Positions 40,408 through 52,129 of a stretch of DNA of 64,000 nucleotides are shown here, in pieces (the first letter of the stretch is position 1; every line of letters starts with the position of its first letter). The notes below the pieces were generated by a model. That model saw only the letters and a program-made list of their open reading frames with translations. It was not told the DNA's origin and ran no database searches. The position numbers were made by a program, and so were the translations under genes. The stretch spans positions 14,436-78,435 of the forward strand of contig JAUCBJ010000498.1 in assembly GCA_032718475.1 (NCBI GenBank), in the 5' to 3' direction. Source of the stretch: Nemertoderma westbladi. Its lineage: Eukaryota; Animalia; Xenacoelomorpha.

Positions 40408-43291
40408 GGGGAGAAGCTGCCACTACTGGGAACGTTACCACCGAGTCTGCGAGCCCGATGACTCCTGGAAATGGGGACACTTTACATGGATCTATTCCAT
40501 CCACATTTCTTAACTGTCACCTTATGAACAGTCAGAGTTTAGGTAATAAACTTCCTGAGCTTAATTTGTTTCTAGAAACATGCGATTATCATGTTGTTGG
40601 TGTCACTGAGACTTGGTTACGTGATACTATAACTGACGGTATGCTTGAGAAACTAAACGGAAAACGGTATAATGTTTTTAGAAAAGACCGAATTAATACA
40701 ATCGGAGGGGGTGTGGCTTTATTTGTGCTTAAATCCCTGAAATGTACACAGATATTTTTAAACTGTAAGTTTTCTGATTGTTGCTATCGATATATTAGGG
40801 GACGCACCTACCCGTTTAATTTGTATTTATCGATCTCAGTCTGGAAACTCAATCGAGGATATTACCCTATTATGTGAATGTATTTCGTCACTTTCTGATG
40901 TTAATTACCCAACTGTCTGTATCGGTGATTTCAATCTCCCAGATTTTAACTGGGAAGAAATGTCTTTTCCTATCAACGATATTTATAGTTGCTTTTTCAA
41001 CTGTATTAATGAAGCTGGATTTACCCAGTTAGTAGACAAGCCCACTAGAGGCAATAATATCCTTGATTTGGTGTTCACTACAGAAGTTCTATGTGTCAGT
41101 AGTGTTCTAGTAAATCCCCCCTTTTGTAGTAGCGACCACAGCACAGTCACTTTTAATTTATGTGGCCCTTACCAATTTTTCGAAAGTGACACATTGCAGT
41201 ATTTTGATTTCAAAGATGGCGATTATACTTCTTTTTCTAATTATTTAGATTCTCAGAATTGGCACGATATTTTTAGTTCTTGTACTACTATAGACGATCA
41301 TTGGTGTGCTTTTGATTGCGTATTAAAACATGGTATTAATCAATTTGTGCCTAAAAAGGAAATATCTAGTGATTTCAAAAAGAAATACCCGCTTCATATT
41401 AAACAGTTACAACGTAAAAAGAAATTGCTCTGGCGAAGGCGCCATACCATTCAGGGTAAAAACGAGTACAAAAAAAAATGTACTAAGGAAATCACTAGAA
41501 CAATATTCAGGTATTCATGTTTGAAAGAGAATAAAATATTAGAATCTGGTAAACCAAATGCTATTTTTAGTTATATAAACTCCAAAAGAAATTATAAATC
41601 CGGTATAGCTCCTCTAAAGTTTAATGGCGAAGTCATTGTTGATGATACCACCTAAGCTAAGATATTTTCCAAAGTACTTTCCGAAAATTACTGCGAGGAC
41701 AACAAGTCTACACCGTATTTTGATAATGTGGCACCGGCAAATATTTCACTGCACGATGTTAATTTTAATCCCAATGTTGTTTTTAATGTGTTGCGCAATT
41801 TACCTAGTAAAACTAGTAATACCCCCGATAGTCTACCTAGCAATTTGTATAAGAACCTGGCACGCCAACTAGCGGCACCGTTGTCAGCTATTTTTGAATT
41901 GTCATTCATTTCGCACGCTTTACCCTCTATTTGGTGTACAGCAATTGTAATACCTATGTATAAAAAGGGAGACTCATCTAACCCGTATAATTTACAGACC
42001 TATTTCACTTACATGTGTTGCGTGCAAAGTAATGGAAACGATTATAAATAAGGAGTTACTATCGTATCTATTAAATAACCGCCTAATCTCTAAGCAGCAG
42101 CACGGATTCTTAAAACGTAAATCAACTGCGACTCATTTAATTGAGTGCAATAATGATTGGTTTCGGATTCTGGACAAACGAAAAGATGTTGATGTTGTTT
42201 ACATTGACTTCGAGAAGGCCTTCGACAAGGTCGTCCACGCCAAACTATTGCTAAAACTTGCTGCTTACGGAATTTCCGGTAATTTGTTAGCTTGGTTTCA
42301 TTCTTTTTTATCAAATCGTAAATTTCGTGTGCTTGTTGGTAGAAATTATTCAGATTTTGTTGACGTCATATCGGGTACCCCTCAAGGTAGTGTGGTAGGC
42401 CCTGTTTTATTTATTATATTTATTAATGACCTACCTAATAATTTGCATGCTGTTAGTACTAAACTATTTGCTGATGATCTAAAAATTTACGCTGACCATA
42501 GTAAACATGTTGACATTCAGTGCGCTTTGGATACATTGTCGATTTGGTGTAATACTTGGCAATTGAGTGTTGCTACTTCTAAATGTCATGTTTTGCATAT
42601 TGGGAATCGTAAACTGGATCAAAGTGATTATGTTCTCAATGGTAATTGTCTCAAAGTTAAAACTAGTTGTAAAGATCTAGGTATTACCATGTGCAACGAT
42701 TTAAAATTTAGTAAATACTGTAAGGAGCAGGTTCTTAAGGCGTACAAGGTCATAAATATTATATTTCGGTGTTTTTATTCTTCCAATATGAAATCATTGT
42801 TAACTGCTTATAGATCCTACGTGCGACCATTATTAGAATTTAGTACAGTTGTCTGGTCACCCCATCAGCTTTTCAATATTAAACTAGTTGAACGTGCGCA
42901 ACGTTATTTTACCCGCAGGCTTTTTAAGAGGTGCAATATCTCATACCTAGATGATAGCTACATAAGTAGGCTGGCATTTCTTAATTTGCAACCTCTCCAA
43001 GCTAGGCGTATTATTTTTGATTTGCGTTTGGTGTATAACATGTGTCATGGTAAAGTAGATATTCAGTTTAGCGATTTTTTCGAGTATGTCCAACGCCCGG
43101 GTCTTCGTGGTCATAATTACAAGTTATACATACAGTCTAGCCGCTTAGTAATCTCAAATAACCGTTTTTCCCAACGTACAGTAAATACTTGGAACAGTTT
43201 ACCTCACGATGTTGTTAATGCGCCGAATGTTATCACTTTCAATCGTCTGCTTAAGAATGTAGATTTAAGTCATTTGTATAGTTTTAATTAA
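40356..43291 (+). pseudogene. LINE ORF2 (AP endonuclease plus RT), disrupted
   Basis: VGVTETWL, GGGVALFV, GDFNLP, PTRGNNILDLVFT, SDH, QHGFLK, YIDFEKAFDKV, PQGSVVGP, LFADDLK. Split across 4 ORFs by frameshifts and a stop. Confidence 0.9.
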
Positions 43292-43628
43292 TTATGATTT
43301 ATCTATATGCCTATTTGCAACCTCTTAACCTAATTTATATACCTGCACGATTTTGATGTTTTTATTTGTTGTGAATGTTTGTAAAATTGGTTTTTAGATC
43401 TATTTAGTATTTTTAATATTATCTTTAATTTTAGTTGGGCCCCTATTAGTGCTTTTACGCCTTGGCGGTCTTCTCCCTCCTAAATCCTAACATACATAAT
43501 CTTTCCGGTTTCACATTATTTATTCATATTACATTATGTCCTATGAGTATTAATTTACCATATAATTCTGTATGCAATTTTATTTCGAGTGCATATGTTA
43601 AATGGAGAGCAAATACAATACAATACAA

Positions 43629-44003
43629 TACTTGACACAGCGAACCTGACGTAGTATTCTTGTAAATGTGCCATCCAGAGATCTAAGCCGGCACAGCATT
43701 CTTAAAAATGCAGCTGCAAAAATGCAGCATGCCGATCCTAGTAGTAGTAGTAGTATCCAGAGATTTGGTGTCCTCGCAGTTAGACCCCAGCATGGACTCC
43801 CGTAGAGGAGTACTGGAACTACTGCTGCTCTAAATAATCGGACCTTAAGTTTCCGATTAATTCTCGGTGACTTCCAAATCCTGGAAAGCCTATTCAAGGC
43901 TGCCCATGCCTTTCCCTTACGTATTCGAAGGTCCTCACCTGACTTCCGGATCCATGATCCCAGGTAACAGAAGCTGTCCACATGCTCAAGCATACCATCC
44001 TTT
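43629..44003 (-). mobile_element. RTE family A, right part of the split copy, containing a ~70-bp opposite-strand family A 3' end (43683-43754)
   Basis: FCYLGSWI...KVRLFRAAV. The nested insert is flanked by the direct repeat ATCCAGAGAT (43673-43682, 43755-43764). Confidence 0.8.
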
Positions 44004-44025
44004 ACTTTAAGTATTACTTTACCTA

Positions 44026-46710
44026 TGTGGGGCGAGACACGTATGGCGAGCCATCAGCGAACTGATATAATTATACTATGGCCGTTTTTGAAAAGTCTGT
44101 GTGTGACGTGTGTGTGTGTGTGTGTGTGTGTCGGTAGCCATAAATGTCGGAAGCCATAATCTAAATTAATATCTTCCGCTAAATTGTATGGTTGAGTCAT
44201 TTTGAACGGTCTCTCCATGGAAATTAATTGTTTAGCACCATACGATTAAAGTTATTTTGCACTGCAATTAGATATCTGGAATCCTTGTACCCCATTCCAT
44301 TATAGTTTTTTATTTTTTCAAGTGATTTGCGTTAATAAATGTATTTTTAATTGATTTAAACATAATTAACATTGTAAATTCATACGCTGATTCCATTCTC
44401 CCCCATAGAGCCTAAGGCATGGGCAGCCGTGCCCAATAATATTTCTTGAAGTTTTACAGTTGGCAAGCTAAAGTCATTGGCCAAGCCAGTGCCTAGGCTA
44501 GTACACAAGGACATAGTAGTCCAGTAGAAGGAATAGTGCTCCTTCAATACATCTCAACAGACATCAATTCATTTGCCTGTGCCTACCAACGCCTGCTCCA
44601 TAACATAACATATATTCTTGATTTCCATCACCTCTCGCCACAATTATTATTAGTAATTAAAAGTTTCAATTCGATTTGTCTTTCCGGTATCTGGTTATTC
44701 AGTTATTGCATTATTAATAAATAAATGTTTTAAAATATATCTTACGAAATATGGTAAACTTGTCGCTAACATTCTCGCTATGGGGGTTTTAAGGAGTGCT
44801 GATTACATTTCTGATGTCAGTTTTCACGTTTACATAAATCTAGTCTGTCTGTCTGTCGGTCATTCTGTCAGTCAGTCTGTCAAAACTTAAAAGATAATTC
44901 AAATTAACTAACATTCTCGCTATGGGGGTTTTAAGGGGTGCTGATTTCATTTCTGATGTCAGTTTTCAGGTTTACATAAATCTAGTCTGTCTGTTTGTCG
45001 GTCTTTCTGTCAGTCAGTCAGTCTGTCAAAACTTAAAAAAAAATACAAACTAACTAACATTCTCGTTATGGGGGTTTTAATGGGTGCTGATTTTATTTTA
45101 GATGTCAGTTTTCACGTTTAAAAAAATCTAGTCTGTCTGTTTGTCGGTCTTTCTGTCAGTCAGTCAGTCTGTCAAAACTTAAAAAAGAATACAAACTAAC
45201 TAACATTCTCGTTATGGGGGTTTTAATGGGTGCCGATTTTATTTTAGATGTCAGTTTTCACGTTTAAAAAAATCTAGTCTGTCTGTTTGTCGGTCTTTCT
45301 GTCAGTCAATCAGTCTGTCAAAACTTAAAAAAGAATACAAACTAACTAACATTCTCGTTATGGGGGTTTTAAGGGGTGCTGATTTTATTTCAGATGTCAG
45401 TTTTCACGTTTAAAAAAATCTAGTCTGTCTGGCTGTCGGTCTTTCTGTCAGTCAGTCTGTGAAAACTTAAGAAAGTATACTAACTAACCAACATTCTCGC
45501 TATGGGGGTTTTGAGGGTTGCTGATTTCATTTCTGATGTCAGTTTACACGTTTACATAAATCTAGTCTGTCTGTCTGTCGGTCTCTCTGTCAGTCTGAAC
45601 TACTGTACTGTGGTTGGCATTACGCCATATACCTAACACTAATAATACAGTCTACAATACAGCCTATCTACAGTACAGAATGGATTTTTTGCCATGAAGA
45701 GCAATAAATGTCATTAATACTATCCACCAGTATACCTACTCCAAGAGCCTTCCAATAAAACGTATTCCAGCATGACGTCCACTGCACGTCTTCGTGCTGT
45801 CCATGGTGACGTGCAATGGACGTCATTAGGCTCTAAGGGGTTAAGCAACACGGTCCCTACTTCGCCCTGTCGACACCCCAGCCATTTTCCACCAATCCTT
45901 TTTTAGAGTTTATTAATTTTTTTGGTATTGGTGAAAGTTCTACAACATTAGTAGATATGTTTTTTATGATAGCTAGTGTTTTCTTGCTAGCTAGTACTTT
46001 TTGAAATTATAAAAAATGTGAAAGTCCATGATATTTCAGGATAAACTGTTGAAGAATATATTAATGACCAAAATAATTTCCAAAAATTACTAGCTAGTAA
46101 AAAATACTAGCTATATACCATAAAAAATCTACTAAGGTTCTAGAACATTCACTAATATAAAAAAGCACTCAAAATCACAAAAAAATAAAGGTTAAAAAAC
46201 TCATTCGGGACTCTTTTGCTTAAGGAGTCAAAATTGTAGAACAAATTCCCGAAGTTTGCGACGTTTGCGAAATTTGTGAAGAATTCGTCAGTTTCTGTGC
46301 CCTAATGGTTTCGTGACGAAACAATCAAATCTTACACACTTAACACACACGAACTAATTTAATGTATGCCTGAATAATTAAATAGAAATTAAATTAATGA
46401 ACGCTATTACAACATGAAATCTACGGAATCAATACACAACACACGCACACTACTGAATTTAAAAATTTATATAGATTGCAACTTATATTTGGCTACCTTT
46501 TAATGGGTGATTAATTTAATTATTCACCCTTATATATTTGTAGCCTTTTTAATTTGTGCCTCTAATTGAATCAAACATTAAACTAAAATATATGTCACAA
46601 TATTGGTCTGTCTGTAGCTGGTTAATGAATCTCTCATAAATTTGTTAATTAGTCGCTGTTCATTCATTGAACATTTGAACACGTGCTGCTCGAAGACCCC
46701 ACAACGTGTT
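44026..46710 (+). mobile_element. Second HINE/Helentron-like element with (GT)n and a 142-146 bp satellite
   Basis: 5' TGTGGGGCGAGACACGT and 3' CACGTGCTGCTCGAAGACCCCACAACGTGT parallel the termini of 18727-20335; also contains nested MITE-like IRs (~45900-46190). Confidence 0.65.
44766..45597. repeat. 142-146 bp satellite x 6 with GTCT/GTCA microrepeats
   Basis: Units start at 44766, 44908, 45054, 45200, 45346, 45488. Confidence 0.9.
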
Positions 46711-47668
46711 TAAGCACAAGGTATAGATATCAACTTGATGACATAGACTTTATTAATTTTATTGGGTAGTGTAGTAAATTAAATCTAAAATTGTTCTGAT
46801 TTTAATATAATACAATAGTCATTATATTAATAATTTTATAAATGGACTTACAATGCGAGTTGGAGATTAATTATTATGATGAATCAATGTAGGGCGATAC
46901 TGAACGTTGTTTTTCCCAATTCCACATGAAATTTATTCACATAAATTAGTCTTTAATAATCATAAAACATTGTACAATGAAATATATTTACGTAGCTGGA
47001 GTACAGTTACAACAAATGCTTGTAAAGTAAAAGGTAATCCCATGTAAATAAATGGAAATCCTTTCTTTCTTACAAAAAGATAAGATTAAAAATCCAACCA
47101 CTCATACAATTCCACCAACTTGGCCTTGAGCCAATGAATGACCGTTCTGGAAACATGTGGAATATTATCTGGTCGTTCTCAGGTTTTAGAATGAAATGAA
47201 GGTTGCAAAAAGAAAGAAAGGCCGTGTGGATGTAATAACTTAGGCATTTCCTAATCACACGGCAACAAATACAAATTATCTCGGCACAAAATAACTATGG
47301 TGAAAGCGCTTATCCTATTCCTGTTATGTATGAATTCAATTATTTTTTGATAAAAACCCTAGGAAGTTAATGATATTTCAAAAGGATATGCTAGGTTTGT
47401 AATCGCGTGTCGTCGCTGTTATAATGGCTATTAGATATAATAATACATGACTTGGGTTTTGAATTAAAGATTCACACATTCATAGAGTGCACGTTTAGGG
47501 CTAAGGGGGCACTGATGTGAAGATGTAAACAACACCGGTGAGATTTGTAAGGACATATATAACTTATTAGTGTTATAGGCAACTACAGAGTTACTTTCAA
47601 TTAATGGAAAGGAGCAGGTTACATAGCACGGTATTTGAAATAAAACAACAAACGAAAGTCAATAGGAC

Positions 47669-48195
47669 TTCTAGGATCGGCATGCTACATTGCAGCTGCA
47701 ATTTTAAGAATGCTATGACGGCTTGTCGACAAAATTGTGCCGCCACAACTCCCTATCACCCATGACATTTGCTAGATCATCCGCATCTTTAAGGCCAGTG
47801 TCCTTTAAGATGCGTCTCAAGAAAGTCATGGGCTGTCCACCATGCTTATTCACTCCATGAGGCTGCCAAAGTACAAGATTATGCACTGGCTGGTCCTCAC
47901 GGCGAAAGCAATGTCCTGCAAAGCGGAGGCGATTTTGTTCTAGTGTCAAGCTTGGGGGAACCAATGAGACACCTCCAATGTTATATAGTGTCTGGTTGGA
48001 GATGTGTGCATTGTACTTGACACAATGTACCCGGCGTAGCATTCTTGTGAATGTGCCATCCAGAGATTTGGTGTCCTCAGCAGTTAGAGCCCAGCATGGA
48101 CTCCCGTAGAGGAGTACTGGAACTACTGCTGCTCTAAATAATCGGACCTTAAGTTTCCGATTAATTCTATGTGACTTCCAAATCCTGGAAAGCCT
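47669..48195 (-). mobile_element. RTE family A, 5'-truncated copy
   Basis: Same sequence as 28501-29032. Confidence 0.85.
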
Positions 48196-48198
48196 ATC

Positions 48199-48395
48199 GG
48201 TACGTAGTACCGATAGTTAGAGAGTTAGTAGGTACGTAGTACCTAGTTAGAGTTAGAGTTAGAGGGTACGTAATGCCTAGTTAGAGTTAGAGTTAGAGGG
48301 TAGGTAGTACCGATAGAGTTAGAGTTAGTAGGTACGTAGTACCTAGTCAGAGTTAGAGTTAGAGGGTACGTAGTACCATTAGTTAGAGAGAGAGA
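48199..48395. repeat. 32-34 bp tandem repeat GGTACGTAGTACC-(AGTTAG)n, 6 units
   Basis: Units at 48199, 48231, 48265, 48299, 48331, 48365. Confidence 0.9.
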
Positions 48396-48887
48396 GTGAG
48401 AGGTAAAAGGGGTAAAAATAGGATATAGATATTAGTTAGCAGTAAGTAGAGTTAGTAGCGAGAGGGGGGCATATGAGTGCAGCTGGATAAATCGTGTGGC
48501 CACACGACGCATACTGCTGTGCTGCATAGGCCCACAGAGTAGGCCAGAATATGGATCAGAGAATAGAATAAATCCATAGGCAGTAGTAAGTAGTAGGACA
48601 GTAGAATCAAAGCAAAATAAATAAATAAATAGAATAGGGCTAAAATCGGAAAATAGTGGTAACACAAGGAAAGTCGTTCTAGAACATAATAAAAGTAACG
48701 GACGGAAATTGTAAATTAGGCTGATTTACTAGCTCCGAAATTAATTAGATTAAATTAAGCTTGAAAGGCGCAGTTAAGTAGAAAAGTAGGCCATTATCGA
48801 ACTGTACGAAACATCTTAATACATCACTCATCTGTATTGCGCCTTGGTAAGGCACCACCCTGCAGGTGAGCGAGTGTAGTGTTCGGA

Positions 48888-51422
48888 ATGGCGAGTAAGC
48901 TGATCAGGAAGAGAAAGGCGGAGTCAGGAGGAAAAGAAATATTGGTGGATTTCACCGAAAGACACCCGGAGGAGAAGACGAGAGGATACTACGAGAGGTT
49001 GGAAAGGGGTCACGCGGCACGAGCGCTGCAGGATCACTTCCGGGAGGCGCACGAACAGCGGTTGGTCGGGACCTACGGGACGCCGTCGCTGGACAACGCG
49101 ATCTTCCAACACTTCCACTACGTGGTGAAAGGAGACGAGGCGAAGTTCGGGATTCCGAAGTATCCGAGGGAATCGCCGAGGAAGGACTGGAAAAGATTCA
49201 TAGAGTCCGTCAACAGAGGAGGATATATGATCCTAGATGACGAGGGAACCGTGGAAGACGAAGCGGGTTCGAGACGAGGAACGGCAGGGTCGGCCAGGAC
49301 CATACTCTTGCATTTGGCAGCGCCAAATGGGGACATCTTCTTATTTGACCTAGGGACGTATGGGAAGAAGGACGGGCCGAAATTAGACCGACTACCGAAA
49401 GCGGTACAGGTCTTAGTAAGAGAGAAGTCGACGACGAAAGTGGGATCGGCGATTCGCGAGGACGCGGAGAGGATCATCGGTCCGGACGCCACCAACCTCC
49501 TGGATATGCAGAAAGTCTTTATGGCTATGACGGCACCGGATGGATTGGGGGTGGTCGAGAACTCAGGCCAATGCGGGGCGGTGGCGATGGGCCAATTATT
49601 GGGGCTCGTATGCCACAAACCAATGGATTGGGGGAAGTTTAGGGAAGAATACGGAGCAGAACTAGCGAACTCGCTGGAGTGGGGAGCGAGACCGGGAAAG
49701 CAGGAGGTATATCAGTTTCGCAGAGGAGCGATAAAGGTATATCAGAAGCAATATATCCTGCAGGAGGACTGGATGATGATAAGTTTACTTAACTTATTCA
49801 TGACCGTAGTTATCGAAAGAGAACCAGGGGCATTTCTGTTATCGGGATCACCCCTAAGCTACAGGAGAGCCTTTAAGACGGCCTTTGACGGTCTGGTAGA
49901 CCACCCGGGGCTGAAGGGCGAGTCGGTGTACTACAACAGCCGACATCTGGTAGATGGGGAGACGGATACACCGTATCAGAGATGGGAGCAGCTAGAGATG
50001 GATAGACGGGAAGCAAAGCGACTGGAAGAAGTCGCTAGACGGGAGAGGATAGAAGCAGAGGAGAGGGAAGAGGAGGCCAGGGCACAGAGTTACGGCTTCG
50101 AGGAACAGGCGGGCCTAGACGAACTTCATTGGACTTCGTCAGGGAGTTCGGGGGAGTCTCTAGGGCGAGAATTGGGATGGACGGTGGGATCGCCGAAACA
50201 GTCGACGTCGGGGTTGCACACGATACCCATACCAGCGGGTGCCGAGGGCGACCAACCGCCAAGGAAGCCAAGGGAGCTGGAGGGATGGAGAGCTACGGGC
50301 GAGAGCCAAGGCGGGAAGGGACATAGTGGGTCCATCGGGATACCGGGATTGGAGACACTACCGGAAGAGGAGGACGACGACGACGAGTTCGGAGAGATGC
50401 CGCCCATCGAGAGGATAGGCCACTCGGACACGGACTGGGTTGGCGGAAGGGTGGTGACGGCCAGTGGGGCGAGGGCCTTCTGGAACAGATCCGGCAAGCG
50501 GACCTGGGTGTACGAGGGGCCGGCGATGGATTTCGCGGGGAGCACCATCAGGTTGGGCGAGCAACCGGGGACGGCACCACGGATAGTATTCGGGGAGACG
50601 ATGCCCGAGAGGGGCGGAGAGATCGACGTAAACAGGGAGAGCAACGTGGAGAAGTTTGCCTACCAGCGACTCCATAGACCGCGGAGATCGCTTGGGACGA
50701 AGGACGAGGTGGGACGCGAGACATTGGTACTCGGCTGCGACTACTGTGGGAGACAGACCCATCAGGAAAGCAGCTGCCTATACCGGTTCCAACGGGGAAC
50801 CTTTTGTCTCTATTGTAGAGAACCAAGTCACAGGATGGGGGCGTGTCCACGGTTGCATAACCGATGTCCAAAGTGCCACTTTCGGGGACACTACGGGCGC
50901 GAGTGCGACTGGATGAGCGACGAGGAGAAGTTCACGAGGTTCGAGGAGTGGGCCGACGTCGGGGCCATGACGCGCCAGCGCATGAAGGCCCAAGAGTTCA
51001 AGTGGGGTTTCTTCCTCATAAACCAGGAGACCCACATGGAAATCATAAAGCGAAGGTTACCGTTTACCTATCAAGAGGTAGCTACGGCGGCATCGTTCGC
51101 CGGAGTTATGAACACGCAACGGTACCTGGACAGGTGGACACCAGAGAACCGGAGGGAGTTTAGGGATTTCTTGGCGGAACACGTACCAAAGGCAATGAAG
51201 ATGATCCTATGGGACGCCACACGAGGGAAACAACCAGGCCATTCTGAGGGGCCACCGGCGAAGCGGTATCGGGCTTTAATAACACCAGCGCCCAAGGAGC
51301 CGACGACCGGGATCAGCAAGGAAGTGGCGGCAAAGGTCCGGAAGCAGAAAGCGGATGATGCCAGAGGAGCGGTGATAACCAAGAAACGGGCCAGGGAGGA
51401 GGACGTGAGGAGGTACAGATAA
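48888..51422 (+). CDS. 844-aa protein: DEDDy 3'-5' exonuclease-like domain plus three CCHC zinc knuckles
   Basis: Intact intronless ORF, ATG in GGAATGG context. ILDDEG (ExoI), LLHLA...IFLFDL...LP..V..LV...TKVGSAIRED (ExoII), LLDMQ, QKQYILQED (ExoIII). Three CX2CX4HX4C at 50736-50906. Confidence 0.8.
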   Translation: MASKLIRKRKAESGGKEILVDFTERHPEEKTRGYYERLERGHAARALQDHFREAHEQRLVGTYGTPSLDNAIFQHFHYVVKGDEAKFGIPKYPRESPRKDWKRFIESVNRGGYMILDDEGTVEDEAGSRRGTAGSARTILLHLAAPNGDIFLFDLGTYGKKDGPKLDRLPKAVQVLVREKSTTKVGSAIREDAERIIGPDATNLLDMQKVFMAMTAPDGLGVVENSGQCGAVAMGQLLGLVCHKPMDWGKFREEYGAELANSLEWGARPGKQEVYQFRRGAIKVYQKQYILQEDWMMISLLNLFMTVVIEREPGAFLLSGSPLSYRRAFKTAFDGLVDHPGLKGESVYYNSRHLVDGETDTPYQRWEQLEMDRREAKRLEEVARRERIEAEEREEEARAQSYGFEEQAGLDELHWTSSGSSGESLGRELGWTVGSPKQSTSGLHTIPIPAGAEGDQPPRKPRELEGWRATGESQGGKGHSGSIGIPGLETLPEEEDDDDEFGEMPPIERIGHSDTDWVGGRVVTASGARAFWNRSGKRTWVYEGPAMDFAGSTIRLGEQPGTAPRIVFGETMPERGGEIDVNRESNVEKFAYQRLHRPRRSLGTKDEVGRETLVLGCDYCGRQTHQESSCLYRFQRGTFCLYCREPSHRMGACPRLHNRCPKCHFRGHYGRECDWMSDEEKFTRFEEWADVGAMTRQRMKAQEFKWGFFLINQETHMEIIKRRLPFTYQEVATAASFAGVMNTQRYLDRWTPENRREFRDFLAEHVPKAMKMILWDATRGKQPGHSEGPPAKRYRALITPAPKEPTTGISKEVAAKVRKQKADDARGAVITKKRAREEDVRRYR

Positions 51423-52129
51423 GTTCCCGGAGGCGAGGGAATGAGACTGAGACTGGGAAGTGGTGCGCCTGGAAGGCGCCGCATGTAACGTACGAACTAT
51501 TAAATATAAATTTAATTAATGCAAATAACCATATAAGTGCAATTCGTATGTACGTACGTAGTGATTAGCAATAAAATACATACGTTTGGAGTAAGTACTA
51601 TAGTCATACAACCTTTCTCAATTAGCTACTGGGACTGGGGGACAATTGACTATGGCACTATGGACGAGACAACTGACAATTTCACACTTCTTGAGTGCGG
51701 CGGCACGAGAGGGGGGGGAGGTTCGTCAGGAGAGATAAAACAGTCAAAGTGGACTTGAGAATCGGAATAAGAGTGTGAAGTGCGGAGAGAGTGCGAGCGC
51801 AATTCTAGTGTGGGGGGGGAGAATGAGAGGCTGAGTAAGGGACGAGGAGGTCCGGGGGTATGAGAGAGTTAGGGTGAGAGTGAAGGTGAGATAGGGCGAA
51901 AATGTTGGGGAAACAAAAGTTGCGTGGGAGGTGAGCGCGATCGGCCCGACATGAGACGCCAGGCACACAGGGTAGCGTTATCATACCCATAGGGGGCGGC
52001 CTGGAAAGCCGACCCCGAGAGAAAAGAATTCCACCCCACACCCGATACTAGATCGGGATCCAGCGGGATTGTAGCGCACTTTTTTGGTTGATGCTATCTT
52101 CTTACCGGGAAGATAGCATGGGGGGGGAG

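Larger units (their letters stand above)
38385..43630 (+). mobile_element. Near full-length CR1-group LINE
   Basis: 5' UTR, ORF1, EN-RT ORF2, 3' UTR and (CAATA)n tail; ends defined by the interrupted RTE. Confidence 0.85.

Noticed and set aside
48924-51484. Antisense and alternate-frame ORFs over the 844-aa gene
   Set aside because: Shadow ORFs of a GC- and purine-rich coding strand; no motifs
51670-51740. Minus-strand CTGACGA...GAAA hammerhead-like core
   Set aside because: No convincing stems I-III
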